64,000 bases of DNA from Rhodospirillaceae bacterium (GTDB taxonomy: Bacteria; Pseudomonadota; Alphaproteobacteria; CACIAM-22H2): NCBI GenBank assembly GCA_022843945.1, contig JALHMR010000002.1, positions 72,073 through 136,072 on the forward strand, in the 5' to 3' direction. Position 1 is the first letter of the stretch; each line of letters begins with the position of its first letter. The notes under the pieces are model-generated. The model searched no databases and was not told the origin of the DNA. It was given only the letters and a program-made list of their open reading frames with translations. A program made the translations under genes and the position numbers. Positions 1-11,822 of this stretch are shown here, one piece after another.

Positions 1-977
1 TCCACGCCGTCATAGGTGAATGCCGTTCCACCAGTCGTCGACGTGGCGTAGTCCGTCGTCGCGGTCGCCGATTCCCGATTGTGCGTGTCTGAGCGAAACA
101 CCACGAATACGATGTCAGCCTGGGCGTCGTAACGAGCCAGAAACGCCTCCAAACGGTGGTTTCGTGGCGCCATGATCGTCGAATCTGCCACCTCCTGCGC
201 GAGGGCGTTGTCCTCATTGGCGGATAGCGTCGCGTCAAAAATCGAGATAAAGCGGATCTGCCGGTCCCAATCATTCTGCCGCAGCAGGTCTTCTGCCATC
301 GTCAGCAGGCTGCGTACGCACGAGACTGACGCGCGGTGATAGCGGGCGCGGTCTGCCATGACGGGATCGATAACGAAATCACCCTCAATGGTCTCAATCC
401 CCGGATTTGCCGCGAGGGCGATGGTGTAGGGCCGATGCTTGGGCCAGCCTGAATACAGGGTGCGTGCTGTCTGCGGGGGGCCGGCGTTGACGTCTATCGG
501 GACAGGATTGCTTGTCCAGTTTGCCGAGCGCAGAGACACGACATTGCGTCCGAGCGGGATCTCGCTTGGCAGCGCCGTCAGAAATACGCAATGCGGCCGG
601 ACCATGTCCGGATCGACGGCGACCGTCATCGTGTCGCTGTCGAAGACGATCTCCACGTCAGGGGGGATATCGACGCCGCCGATGCTGTAAAAATCGCCGT
701 GAATGGCGGGCCCGACGGGGGAGATATCGAAGGCGCCAACCGTTACTTGCTCAATCTCCCAATTCGAATTGTATCGAGCTTCGATCGGGTAGCCGCTGAT
801 AAAGGCGCTGACGAGAAGATTCGCCATGACGGCCTTGCAGTGGAGAGTCGGTTCGCGGTCAACCGATCGGAACGCAATGAAGACGGCCCTATCGGCCAGC
901 GGCGGCGCCGCGATCGTCGCGACGACGGTATCGCCGATCCAGCTGATCAGTTGAACGGTTCCGGTCGACGTCGCCAT
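1..977 (-). CDS. Large hypothetical protein, 3'-truncated by the window edge (>325 aa); N-terminal domain resembles the upstream 87-aa protein
   Basis: Absent from the ORF track because it has no stop in the window. Hand translation from ATG 977 is open to the edge: MATSTGTVQLISWIGDTVVATIAAPP...KAVMANLLVSAFISGYPIEARY...RPYTIALAANPGIE...ADIVFVVFRSDTHNRESATATTD...FTYDGV. Starts 10 nt after the stop of 988..1251. Confidence 0.8.
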   Translation of the reverse strand, partial: MATSTGTVQLISWIGDTVVATIAAPPLADRAVFIAFRSVDREPTLHCKAVMANLLVSAFISGYPIEARYNSNWEIEQVTVGAFDISPVGPAIHGDFYSIGGVDIPPDVEIVFDSDTMTVAVDPDMVRPHCVFLTALPSEIPLGRNVVSLRSANWTSNPVPIDVNAGPPQTARTLYSGWPKHRPYTIALAANPGIETIEGDFVIDPVMADRARYHRASVSCVRSLLTMAEDLLRQNDWDRQIRFISIFDATLSANEDNALAQEVADSTIMAPRNHRLEAFLARYDAQADIVFVVFRSDTHNRESATATTDYATSTTGGTAFTYDGV

Positions 978-987
978 GGCGCGCGGG

Positions 988-1251
988 TTACGTCGGGCTG
1001 AGGCGCAGGCTGGTGATGCGCGCATCGTCGTCTGCATGGACGGCGACGACCTCGTGTCGGCTGACCTGGGCGGCGACCAGGGCGCTGATCATGGTGTTCC
1101 TCAGCGCGTCGACGGACATGGCCTCGTTTTCGCCGCCAGGCGCAACCAGCAGCAATTCGGCGATGGCGGGCGTCGGCCCGATCCAGACGCAGGCCATTGA
1201 ATCGCTGGGTATGACGGTCAGCCTCTGCACAAGCCCCGTGGTTTCCGTCAT
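988..1251 (-). CDS. Small hypothetical protein (87 aa), possible OB-fold
   Basis: ORF with AAGGGGG RBS, tightly packed between the SCP2 gene and the large ORF; beta-rich with one amphipathic helix (NTMISALVAAQVS). Confidence 0.75.
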   Translation of the reverse strand: MTETTGLVQRLTVIPSDSMACVWIGPTPAIAELLLVAPGGENEAMSVDALRNTMISALVAAQVSRHEVVAVHADDDARITSLRLSPT

Positions 1252-1271
1252 GACGCCCCCCTTGAATGGCT

Positions 1272-1646
1272 TTAGAGCGGTTCTTTAAGGATGCCCAGTG
1301 CCAGGGCGAGATCGCTGGCGTAGCGGAGGTCGCCGCGCACCCGAAACCCGCCCGCCAGAAAGTTCTTTCGCGCGTCTTTGGTGCCTGAAAGCACGGCGCT
1401 GATCTGCCGCGCCTTGCCGATGATCTCGATGGTGGGCGTGGCGGTCCCGGTCGCGGTGCGCTTCGCGAGCCGCACGCGCTTCTTGGAGCATTCCAGGAAA
1501 TACTCGCCCTTCTCGGTGCCGGTCGCCCGCACGAGGATTGTTCCCTGACGAACGATGGGGCGGCCTGCGAGGCGGCGAGTGAGTTGTTCGAGCGCACGCT
1601 CGAGAGGGGATAGGACCGTCGCCCGCGCGGGCTTCTTTGCAGCCAT
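1272..1646 (-). CDS. SCP2 sterol/lipid-binding domain protein
   Basis: C-terminal SCP2 signature ISAVLSGTKDARKNFLAGGFRVRGDLRYASDL; GAGGGGG RBS before ATG 1646. Confidence 0.8.
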   Translation of the reverse strand: MAAKKPARATVLSPLERALEQLTRRLAGRPIVRQGTILVRATGTEKGEYFLECSKKRVRLAKRTATGTATPTIEIIGKARQISAVLSGTKDARKNFLAGGFRVRGDLRYASDLALALGILKEPL

Positions 1647-1733
1647 TGTCACCCCCTCGTCCGGAGGGTACAGACTATATCAACTCGCGTTCAGGCCAAA
1701 GCAGGACACCGCCATCGCGGCATCGACGACGCG

Positions 1734-2681
1734 TCAGAGGTTCGTATAGGGGTTCGGGCGCATCATGCGATAGCCCTTGATCAGCTCGGCAATGCCCCGG
1801 TCCAGCGAGAACTCCGGCTTGTAGCCGGTGCGCTCGACGCGCTCGTTGGAGACGATGTAGTCGCGCTTGTCGGGGTCCTCGCCGATCGGGGCTTCCTGGA
1901 AGACGAAACTGGGAAGGTGCTTCTGAATCACCTGGCAGAGCTCCCATTTGGAGATGTTCGCGTCGGACAGGCCGACGTTGAATACGCCCTGCTGCTTCAT
2001 GGTGTCGAACTTGTCGATGCCGTGATGGAAGGCGCGCGCGATGTCGCGGACATGGATGTAGTTGCGCTTGAAGTGCGGCTCGAAGAGCATCACCGCACGG
2101 TCGGTGATGGCGCGGTAGACGAAATCGTTGACCAGCAGATCCATGCGCATGCGGGGGCTCATGCCGAACACCGTGGCCAGGCGGAAGCTGATGCCGTTGC
2201 CGCGATCGAGCACGATCTTCTCGGCATCCATCTTGGTGACGCCGTAGAGCGAAATCGGGTTGATCGGCGTCTCCTCGGTGCAGTGCTTGTCCTTTTGACC
2301 CACACCGTAGCCGCTGTTGGTCGTCGGGATGAGGATACGCTGGTTCATCGAGCTGAGCTTGGCCAGCGTCGCCACCGCGTCGCGGTTGGTGGTAATGCAG
2401 GCGGCCTGGTCGGAGTTGCAGGCCGGCGCGCCGACGATCGCCGCCATCGGGATGGCGATGTCCGCCTTGGCCAGCAGCGGCTTGAGGACCTTCTCGTCGC
2501 GGCAGTCGCCGCGCACCACGTCGAAGTTGGGATCGGCACAGAGCTGGTTGAGCGAGTTCTGGCGGTGCATGAAGTTGTCGAGCACCGTGACCTTGTGGCC
2601 GGCGGCCAGCAGGTGCGGCGTCAGGACCGAGCCGAGGTAGCCGGCGCCGCCGGTGATGAGAATCGAGTAGCTCTGGGCCAT
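1734..2681 (-). CDS. NAD-dependent epimerase/dehydratase (extended SDR), nucleotide-sugar enzyme
   Basis: ILITGGAGYLGS Rossmann motif, YGVTK catalytic motif, RLATVFGMSPRMR. Confidence 0.9.
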   Translation of the reverse strand: MAQSYSILITGGAGYLGSVLTPHLLAAGHKVTVLDNFMHRQNSLNQLCADPNFDVVRGDCRDEKVLKPLLAKADIAIPMAAIVGAPACNSDQAACITTNRDAVATLAKLSSMNQRILIPTTNSGYGVGQKDKHCTEETPINPISLYGVTKMDAEKIVLDRGNGISFRLATVFGMSPRMRMDLLVNDFVYRAITDRAVMLFEPHFKRNYIHVRDIARAFHHGIDKFDTMKQQGVFNVGLSDANISKWELCQVIQKHLPSFVFQEAPIGEDPDKRDYIVSNERVERTGYKPEFSLDRGIAELIKGYRMMRPNPYTNL

Positions 2682-2700
2682 GGCTTGAGTTCCGGAGTGT

Positions 2701-3873
2701 TCAGTTGCAGGCGCGGTCGAGCACTTCGCGCAGGGTGTCGATCTGCTTCGACAGATCCACGGGCGCGTTGCCGACGAAGAAGCCGTAGTCGTGGGCGATG
2801 TCGGCATTGGGCGTCGACCCGCCGACGATCTCGTAGTCGTAGTACTTGATCACGTCATGGCGCAGGAAATTGCCGCCGGTGATGATGCGATAGCCGATAT
2901 CCGCCTTCTTCAGCGCCTCGAACACGCGCTTGCGGTTCAGGTTGCGCTTGGGGTTGAGGATAATGGTGAACGAGAAGCTCGAGCTCTTGCCGTTCTCGCG
3001 CTGGATGATGAATCGATCATCACCAGAGAACAATTTCTGGAAGCGCGCCATGTTGGTGCGGCGCTGGGCGGTCATGGCCGGCAGTTTCTTGATCTGCTCC
3101 AGGCCGACCGCACCCGAGAGCTCGATGGGCCGCACGTTGTAGCCGGGCAGGATGAAGCGGTAGGCCTCGTAGAAGTCGCTGTCCTTCTTCTCGAAGATCT
3201 CGGTGTCGGCCGGCACGTCGCGCGTCCAGCCGTGGTTGCGCATGGCGCGCAGGATATGGAAGAGCTCCTTGTCGTCGGTCAGGACGATGCCGCCTTCCAT
3301 GGTCGAGATGTGGTGCGAGAAGAAGAAACTGTAGGTGTTGAGGTGGCCGAAGGTGCCGGTCTTGCGGCCGCCGATCTCGGCGTCCATCGACTCGCAGTTG
3401 TCCTCCATGAAGTAGAGGCCGTGCTTGTCGGCAAGCTTGCGCATGGCGTCGACCGCCGCCGGGTTGCCGAGGATGCTGACCGCGACGATCATGCGGGTGC
3501 GCGGCCCGATGGCCTTCTCGATCAGCGACATGTCGGCGTTGAGCGTCTCGAGCTCGACATCGACGAATTTGAGCTTGAGCCCGTACTGGTGGAGCGGGTG
3601 GTAGGTCGTGGCCCAGGAGATGGCCGGCACGATGACCTCGTCGCCGCGCTGCAGCGGCCGGTCCTTCTTGTAGAACAGGCTGGCCACGGCCACGAGATTG
3701 GCCGACGAGCCCGAGTTGACCATGACGCCGTACTTCATGCCGAAGTACTTGGCGAACTGCTCCTCGAACCGGGCCACGTTCTCGCCCATGGTGAACATGC
3801 CGCTGTCGACGACACGTTCGATAGCCTTGATCTCCTCCGGCCCCCAGGACGGTGCGGCGAGCGAATAGAACAT
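2701..3873 (-). CDS. DegT/DnrJ-family PLP enzyme, ColD-like NDP-4-keto-6-deoxyhexose 3-dehydratase
   Basis: NSGSSANL, EDNCES and SFFFSHHISTMEGG, with His at the position of the Schiff-base Lys, as in ColD/E1 3-dehydratases. Confidence 0.85.
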   Translation of the reverse strand: MFYSLAAPSWGPEEIKAIERVVDSGMFTMGENVARFEEQFAKYFGMKYGVMVNSGSSANLVAVASLFYKKDRPLQRGDEVIVPAISWATTYHPLHQYGLKLKFVDVELETLNADMSLIEKAIGPRTRMIVAVSILGNPAAVDAMRKLADKHGLYFMEDNCESMDAEIGGRKTGTFGHLNTYSFFFSHHISTMEGGIVLTDDKELFHILRAMRNHGWTRDVPADTEIFEKKDSDFYEAYRFILPGYNVRPIELSGAVGLEQIKKLPAMTAQRRTNMARFQKLFSGDDRFIIQRENGKSSSFSFTIILNPKRNLNRKRVFEALKKADIGYRIITGGNFLRHDVIKYYDYEIVGGSTPNADIAHDYGFFVGNAPVDLSKQIDTLREVLDRACN

Positions 3874-3907
3874 CGTTACCCCTGAAAATTTGGCCGGCGG
3901 CGGCGCC

Positions 3908-5014
3908 TCAGAACGGTCCGCGGAACTGGCGCTGATAGGCCAGCACGGCGCGCTCGGGATCGGGCGTCCATTCGCCGGCCTTGGGCCTGACCATCTTGTG
4001 CGCGGCCTGCGCAATGCGGGCCGGGTTGGGATAGAACTGGTCCTCGATCGAGGGCGAGGTCGGGCAGATCGTCGGCGCGAAGCCCATGCGCTCCACCTGG
4101 AACTTGCCTTCGGGCCCGAGGGCCTCGGCGACGCGCGCCGCGATCTCGGCGCCGGCGCCGCACATCGTCCAGCCATTGTCGACGACGATCAGGCGGCGCG
4201 TCTTCTTGACCGACTTGACGATGGTGTCGGTGTCGAGCGGCGAGAGCCAGATCGGGTCGATGATCTCGGCCGAGACGCCGGCATCGGCGAGCAGCTCGCG
4301 CCCCCGCAGGCATTCGACCAGCATGTTGGAGATGCCGACCAGCGTCACGTCGTCGCCGGGCATGACCACGCGCGACTTGCCCGGCGGCAGCTCGAACTGC
4401 TCCTCCGGCACGTAGGCCTCGGTCGGGTAGAGCAGGCGATGCTCGACGAACATCACCGGATTGTCGTCGCGGATGGCCGAGAGCATGCAGCCCTTGGCGT
4501 CGTGGGCGTTGGACGGCGCCACGACCTTGAGGCCGGGGAAATGCATGAAGGTGGAGTAGAGACCCTGGCTGTGCTGCGGGCCCTGGCCCCAGGACTTGCC
4601 GATGATCGAGCGCACGACCAACGGCACCTTGATATTGCCGCCGTACATGTAGTGCGCCTTGGCCGCCATGTTGATGAGCTGGTTCATGCTCAACATGAGG
4701 AAGTCCATGCGGATATGCACATGGATCGGGCGCAGGCCGGCCATCGCGGCGCCGATCGCCGCACCGGTCATCGCGTCCTCGGCCAGCGGCGTCGTAAAGA
4801 TGCGGTCGGGGCCGAACTTCTGAAGGAGGCCGCGGGTCGAGCCCTGAAGCGCCTTGTGGTCGTCGACGTCGAGGCCCATGACGAAGACCTTGTCGTCGCG
4901 CTCCATCTCCTGCTCGACCGCCTCTTTCAACGCGTCGACATAGCGCAGCACGCGGCCGCCGGTATTGCCGGCGGCGTCGGGCGCGGGCTTGGTGGCCGTC
5001 TTAAGCGTAGACAT
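3908..5014 (-). CDS. TPP-dependent dehydrogenase E1 beta-subunit-like protein
   Basis: RIFTTPLAE, GAAMAGLRP, GQGPQHSQ and NPVMFVEHR motifs; overlaps the alpha gene. Confidence 0.9.
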   Translation of the reverse strand: MSTLKTATKPAPDAAGNTGGRVLRYVDALKEAVEQEMERDDKVFVMGLDVDDHKALQGSTRGLLQKFGPDRIFTTPLAEDAMTGAAIGAAMAGLRPIHVHIRMDFLMLSMNQLINMAAKAHYMYGGNIKVPLVVRSIIGKSWGQGPQHSQGLYSTFMHFPGLKVVAPSNAHDAKGCMLSAIRDDNPVMFVEHRLLYPTEAYVPEEQFELPPGKSRVVMPGDDVTLVGISNMLVECLRGRELLADAGVSAEIIDPIWLSPLDTDTIVKSVKKTRRLIVVDNGWTMCGAGAEIAARVAEALGPEGKFQVERMGFAPTICPTSPSIEDQFYPNPARIAQAAHKMVRPKAGEWTPDPERAVLAYQRQFRGPF

Positions 5015-5960
5015 GGGTGTAGAGCTCTTTGGCGGCCGGGAAGGGGCTCTTCTCGGCGAACGCGATGGCGGCGGCGACGTCCTTCTCGACCTGGGCGTCG
5101 ATGGCGGCGCGCTCGTCGGGATCGAGCATCGCCGCGACGCGCGGGATCTGGTCGTTGTCGACCCACGGCTTCAGATCGTCGGTCGAGCGATAGCCGGAAT
5201 CGTAATCGTTGGCCGGACCCACGTGTTCACGCCAACGATAAGTATGGCACTCGATGAAGATCGGACCGTACTCGCCGCGCCGCATCTTGGGCAGCGCGTC
5301 CATCATGATGTTGCGGATCTTGAAGACGTCGGCGTCGGTCACCCGGTAGGCGGGGATGCCGTAGGTCTGCACGCGCTCGCAGATCGCGTCGGGCACCGCC
5401 TGGCGGCGAGCGATCGGCGTATGGATGGCGAAGAAATTGTTCTCGAGCACGAAGACCACGGGCAGGCGCTTGAGCGCCGCGAAATTCAGGCTCTCGTGGA
5501 AGACGCCTTCTTCCGTCGCGCCGTCGCCCATGAAGCTGGCGATGACCCGGCCCTTGCCCTCGCGCTTGAGGGCGAGGGCATAGCCCAGCGCGATCGGCAC
5601 GGTCGTGCCGACCACGGCCGATGAGCCGACGACGTTGTTCTGGATGTCACAGAGATGCATGGACCCGCCCTTGCCGCGGGTGCAACCGGTGTCCTTGCCG
5701 TAGAGCTCGGCCATCAGGCCGTTGATGTCGCCGCCCTTGGCGATATACGTCGCATGACCACGATAAGTGCCGCCGGCAAGATCATCCTTGTTCAGCGCGT
5801 CGCAGACGCCGACGGCGACCGATTCCTGGCCGATCGACAGGTGGACGGGGCTCTTGATCTTGTCTTCGGGGTAGATGCGCGCGACCTCTTCTTCGAAGCG
5901 CCGGATCAGGCGGAGAGAGGCATAGACGCGGCGGATGGTCTGGGTGTCAGCTTCGGGCAT
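5001..5960 (-). CDS. TPP-dependent dehydrogenase E1 alpha-subunit-like protein
   Basis: HLSIGQE, YRGH, GKGGSMH, TPP motif GDGATEEG...ENN, TYRWREH. Confidence 0.9.
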   Translation of the reverse strand: MPEADTQTIRRVYASLRLIRRFEEEVARIYPEDKIKSPVHLSIGQESVAVGVCDALNKDDLAGGTYRGHATYIAKGGDINGLMAELYGKDTGCTRGKGGSMHLCDIQNNVVGSSAVVGTTVPIALGYALALKREGKGRVIASFMGDGATEEGVFHESLNFAALKRLPVVFVLENNFFAIHTPIARRQAVPDAICERVQTYGIPAYRVTDADVFKIRNIMMDALPKMRRGEYGPIFIECHTYRWREHVGPANDYDSGYRSTDDLKPWVDNDQIPRVAAMLDPDERAAIDAQVEKDVAAAIAFAEKSPFPAAKELYTHVYA

Positions 5961-6161
5961 GAGCGACCTGAACTAGAGAATCCGACGGCGCCGGAATCAT
6001 CCGTCGCCATAATGGATTATAGGGTTAACAGGTCAACAAAACCCTAAAGTGCCTAAAAACCGCGTGGGTTTTAGTGGTATTATTATACCACAATTGTCCA
6101 ATGGGATGACACGACCACGCCATCCCCGGTTACCGGATGGCCTGGAGCCTCCCCCGGGCAC

Positions 6162-6623
6162 TCAGTCGAGTTCGGCCACGACCAGTACGACGCCCTGAAT
6201 CTCGGCGCTGTACAAGCCGGTCGGCCCGAGCACCGTAACCTTGCCGGTGACGCTCTTCGTGCCGGTTGTCGTCCATTTGCAACCGGGCTTGAGCACGAAC
6301 GTCGTCAGAGAACTTTGACTGAAAGCGGGGTTGTTGTGCTCTGCCTTGGCGTGGTCGGCAACCTCGAGCGTCGCGTCAAAGCGGTGGTTTACCCGCTCGA
6401 TGTTGAGAATCGTGAAGAGAAACCGGATGTCGGTCGTCTGGCCAACCAGGACCTTCTCGCGCGTCGCGGTGAGATGGACATCGGTGAACTGGATGCTGGG
6501 CGGCCGGGGCCGCGGGTTCAGGATCTTCTCCAGTAGCCACAAGACCGCCATCCCGAGAAGCACGAGAACGCAGATCGCAACGATGGCGATAACGACGACG
6601 GCAGCGATTTCGATTGGAGTCAT
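6162..6623 (-). CDS. Hypothetical protein, N-terminal membrane anchor + beta-rich domain
   Basis: About 30-aa hydrophobic N-terminus, Pro-rich linker, then alternating beta-strand pattern. Confidence 0.6.
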   Translation of the reverse strand: MTPIEIAAVVVIAIVAICVLVLLGMAVLWLLEKILNPRPRPPSIQFTDVHLTATREKVLVGQTTDIRFLFTILNIERVNHRFDATLEVADHAKAEHNNPAFSQSSLTTFVLKPGCKWTTTGTKSVTGKVTVLGPTGLYSAEIQGVVLVVAELD

Positions 6624-6728
6624 GTCACGAGGCCCCCCACCTGCGGAGTGATCACGACATTAGCGGTGCGAGTATACACGCAACGATTGCATGTGTGAAC
6701 GAGCGCCTGCAGGCCGCCACGACCGGGG

Positions 6729-7334
6729 CTAGCCCGCCTGGCGCCGAAAGAGCACCGACAGGTTATTGGCCGGCATCTCGACCACCTCGGCGAGATTGAA
6801 TCCGGCTTTTGCCGCCAGGGCCGAGACGTCCCCCAGGTCACGCACCCCCCAGGCCGGATCCCGGGCCCGCAGGCTGGCATCGAAGGCGGCATTGCTGGGG
6901 GCGGTGTGCCGTCCGTCGCGCTTGTAGGGCCCATAGAGGAAAAGCAGGCCGCCCGCCGGCAGGATTCGGGCGGCACCGGCCACCAGGCCCTCGGTCGCCG
7001 GCCATGGCGCGATATGAATCATGTTGATGCAAAGGACGGCATCGGCAGCACTCAGCGGCCAGGTTGACGAGGCCGCATCGAGGGCAAGCGGCGGCCGCAC
7101 GGTGTCTATGCCCGCCGTCCAGGCGGCGATGGAGACGCGAGAAGCCGGATCGGCATCGCTCGGTTGCCAGGCCAGCCGGGGAAACTGGGGAGCGAAGAAC
7201 GCGGCGTGCTCGCCGGTCCCGCTGGCGACTTCTAGCACGGTGCCCTGGCTCGGCAGCGTCCGGCGCAGGACCTCGAGAATCGGCTCGCGGTTGCGCTGCG
7301 TGGCCGGGGCGAACTGGCGGTCATCGTCTGACAT
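6729..7334 (-). CDS. DUF938-family SAM-dependent methyltransferase
   Basis: APATQRNREPIL, VLEVASGTGEH, CINMIHIAPW, YGPY, FDASLR, MPANN. Confidence 0.9.
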   Translation of the reverse strand: MSDDDRQFAPATQRNREPILEVLRRTLPSQGTVLEVASGTGEHAAFFAPQFPRLAWQPSDADPASRVSIAAWTAGIDTVRPPLALDAASSTWPLSAADAVLCINMIHIAPWPATEGLVAGAARILPAGGLLFLYGPYKRDGRHTAPSNAAFDASLRARDPAWGVRDLGDVSALAAKAGFNLAEVVEMPANNLSVLFRRQAG

Positions 7335-7371
7335 GGCCCGCATTATGCACGTCTGCTCCCTCAGGTGCCCC

Positions 7372-7602
7372 ATGACCGACAGTCTGCCGAGTCTTGGCCA
7401 TAACGGCGGCCCGCCGCTGGAGGAACCGCCCCCGGATAGTGGGGGCGGCTGGAATGGCTATTGCTGGCGCCGGGCGCACCGTGCCGCCTGGAAAACGCCG
7501 GGACGCGAGATCGCGCTGCGCCGCCTGAAGCGCGCCGAAGAACTCGGCATGACCTATCGCGAATACACGGCCGTGATCCTCGATCGCGGGATATACCTTT
7601 GA
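7372..7602 (+). CDS. Small hypothetical protein (GHNGGPP motif)
   Basis: 76 aa MTDSLPSLGHNGGPP...CWRRAH...RAEELGMTYREY; resembles small alphaproteobacterial hypotheticals. Confidence 0.7.
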   Translation: MTDSLPSLGHNGGPPLEEPPPDSGGGWNGYCWRRAHRAAWKTPGREIALRRLKRAEELGMTYREYTAVILDRGIYL

Positions 7603-7663
7603 CAGGGTTGTAGCCGACTACCCTGAGTTGTTAAGCTTCCGGCCGAACAACCGGAGCCTAGCC

Positions 7664-8437
7664 ATGTGCCTGAGAGGCGCGGTCGGCCGGGGTGCGGCAA
7701 ACGCCCGGCCCGACGTGACAGCGGTGCAGGCTCTTCTCAATCTCAATGGCGCCGATCCGCCTCTCGCGATCGATGGCCGCAGCGGTCCCAGTACGGTCCG
7801 TGCCATCCAGGCCTATCAGCGCGATGTGCTTGGCCAGGACCCGGCCAGCGGGATCATCGAACCGGACAGCGCCACCCTCGAGGCGTTGCGCCGCGGCATG
7901 CCGGCGGGACTCTCGCCGACCAAGCTGTGCGCCATCATGCCGGAATGCACGGCCGAGCGGGCCGAGCGCTACTTTCCCGGGCTGACCGAGACGATGCGGC
8001 AATACGCCATCGACACGCCCCATCGGGCCACGCATTTCCTGGCCCAGATCGGCCATGAGAGCGGCGGTTTCCGCTACGCCGAGGAACTGGCCAGCGGCGA
8101 AGCCTATGAGGGCCGCGCCGACCTCGGCAATACGGAGCCCGGCGACGGACGGCGCTTCAAGGGCCGCGGGCTCATTCAGCTCACCGGCCGCGCCAACTAT
8201 CGGGCTTACGGGCGCGCCATCGGCCGGGACCTGACCGTCGGGGGCAACTGGGAGCAGGTGGCGGCGGATCCGGCTCTCTGTGTCGGCGTCGCCGGCTGGT
8301 ACTGGGCCAACCGCAAGATCAACGCGCTGGCCGATCGCGACGATCTCGAGGCAGTGACGCGGGCGATCAATGGCGGCCTCAACGGCCTCGCTGACCGCCA
8401 GGCGAAGCTCGAACGGGCAAGGTTTTTCCTTGGGTAG
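7664..8437 (+). CDS. Peptidoglycan-binding domain + glycoside hydrolase family 19 (lysozyme/chitinase-like)
   Basis: PG-binding motif DVTAVQALLN...DGRSGPSTVRAIQAYQ; GH19 motifs FLAQIGHESGGF, FKGRGLIQLTGRANY, INGGLNGLADR; GGAG RBS. Confidence 0.9.
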   Translation: MCLRGAVGRGAANARPDVTAVQALLNLNGADPPLAIDGRSGPSTVRAIQAYQRDVLGQDPASGIIEPDSATLEALRRGMPAGLSPTKLCAIMPECTAERAERYFPGLTETMRQYAIDTPHRATHFLAQIGHESGGFRYAEELASGEAYEGRADLGNTEPGDGRRFKGRGLIQLTGRANYRAYGRAIGRDLTVGGNWEQVAADPALCVGVAGWYWANRKINALADRDDLEAVTRAINGGLNGLADRQAKLERARFFLG

Positions 8438-8484
8438 CGCTCATGGTCGCCGCCGCGCGACCACGCCTGTGCTATGAAGCGACA

Positions 8485-9275
8485 ATGACCGCCCGCTACT
8501 GGAAAGACCTGACCACCGAGGACTTCTCCGGCCTCGATGCCGCGCGCACCGTAGCCCTCCTGCCGGTCGCGGCGATCGAGCAGCATGGTCCGCATCTGCC
8601 GCTGGGCACGGATGCGGCGATCAACACGGGCGTGCTGGCACGGGCGGTCGAGCTCGCGCCGATGGAGCTGCCGCTGCTCGTGCTGCCGCTGCTTTCTGTC
8701 GGGCTGTCGCCCGAGCATCGTGACTTTCCCGGTACGCTCACCCTGTCGGCGTCGACGCTGCTCAGCGTCGTCACGGAGACGGCCGAGGGCGTGGCGCGCG
8801 CGGGCTTGCGCAAGCTCATCCTGTTCAACAGTCACGGCGGACAGCCGCAGGCGCTGGAGATGGTGGCGCAGGATCTGCGCGCCCGTCACGCCATGGTCGT
8901 GATCGTCGCCAATTCCTGGAAGCTGATGCGGCCGGGTGAATTCTTTCCGCCCGCCGAGCGCGAGGCCGGCATCCATGCCGGCGCCATCGAGACCTCGCTG
9001 CTGCTGCATCTGCAGCCGGGTCTGGTGCGGCGCGACAAGGTCGGCAATTTCACCGCGGCGCCGCGCGGCTACGAACGCGACCATCCCGAGCTGGCGGCCG
9101 GCGGGCGCTTCCACTTCGCCTGGCAGGCGCAGGATCTCAATCCCGCCGGCGCGGTGGGCGATGCGCGGCTGGCCAGCGCCGAAGCCGGGCAGGCGATGGT
9201 CGAGCAGGCCGCGCACGGCCTGGTCGGGCTGGCCGCGGATCTGGCGCGGCTGCCGCTCGATATCCTGAAGCAGCG

Positions 9276-9279
<4 letters not shown>
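8485..9279 (+). CDS. Creatininase family protein
   Basis: LPVAAIEQHGPHLPLGTD, SPEH..FPGT, NSHGG, HAGAIETS. Confidence 0.9.

Positions 9280-11822
<2,543 letters not shown>

Noticed and set aside
3908-5960. Housekeeping pyruvate/acetoin dehydrogenase complex
   Set aside because: No E2/E3 genes; the pair is embedded with nucleotide-sugar genes.
6016-6040. Sigma70 promoter TTGACC...TATAAT on the minus strand upstream of the sugar operon
   Set aside because: The spacer is only 9 nt; the -10 may be real but the pairing is not canonical, and the overlapping CtrA-like site is only a half-site.
7664-8437. Prophage
   Set aside because: Only a lysin-like gene; no structural, terminase, holin or integrase genes.
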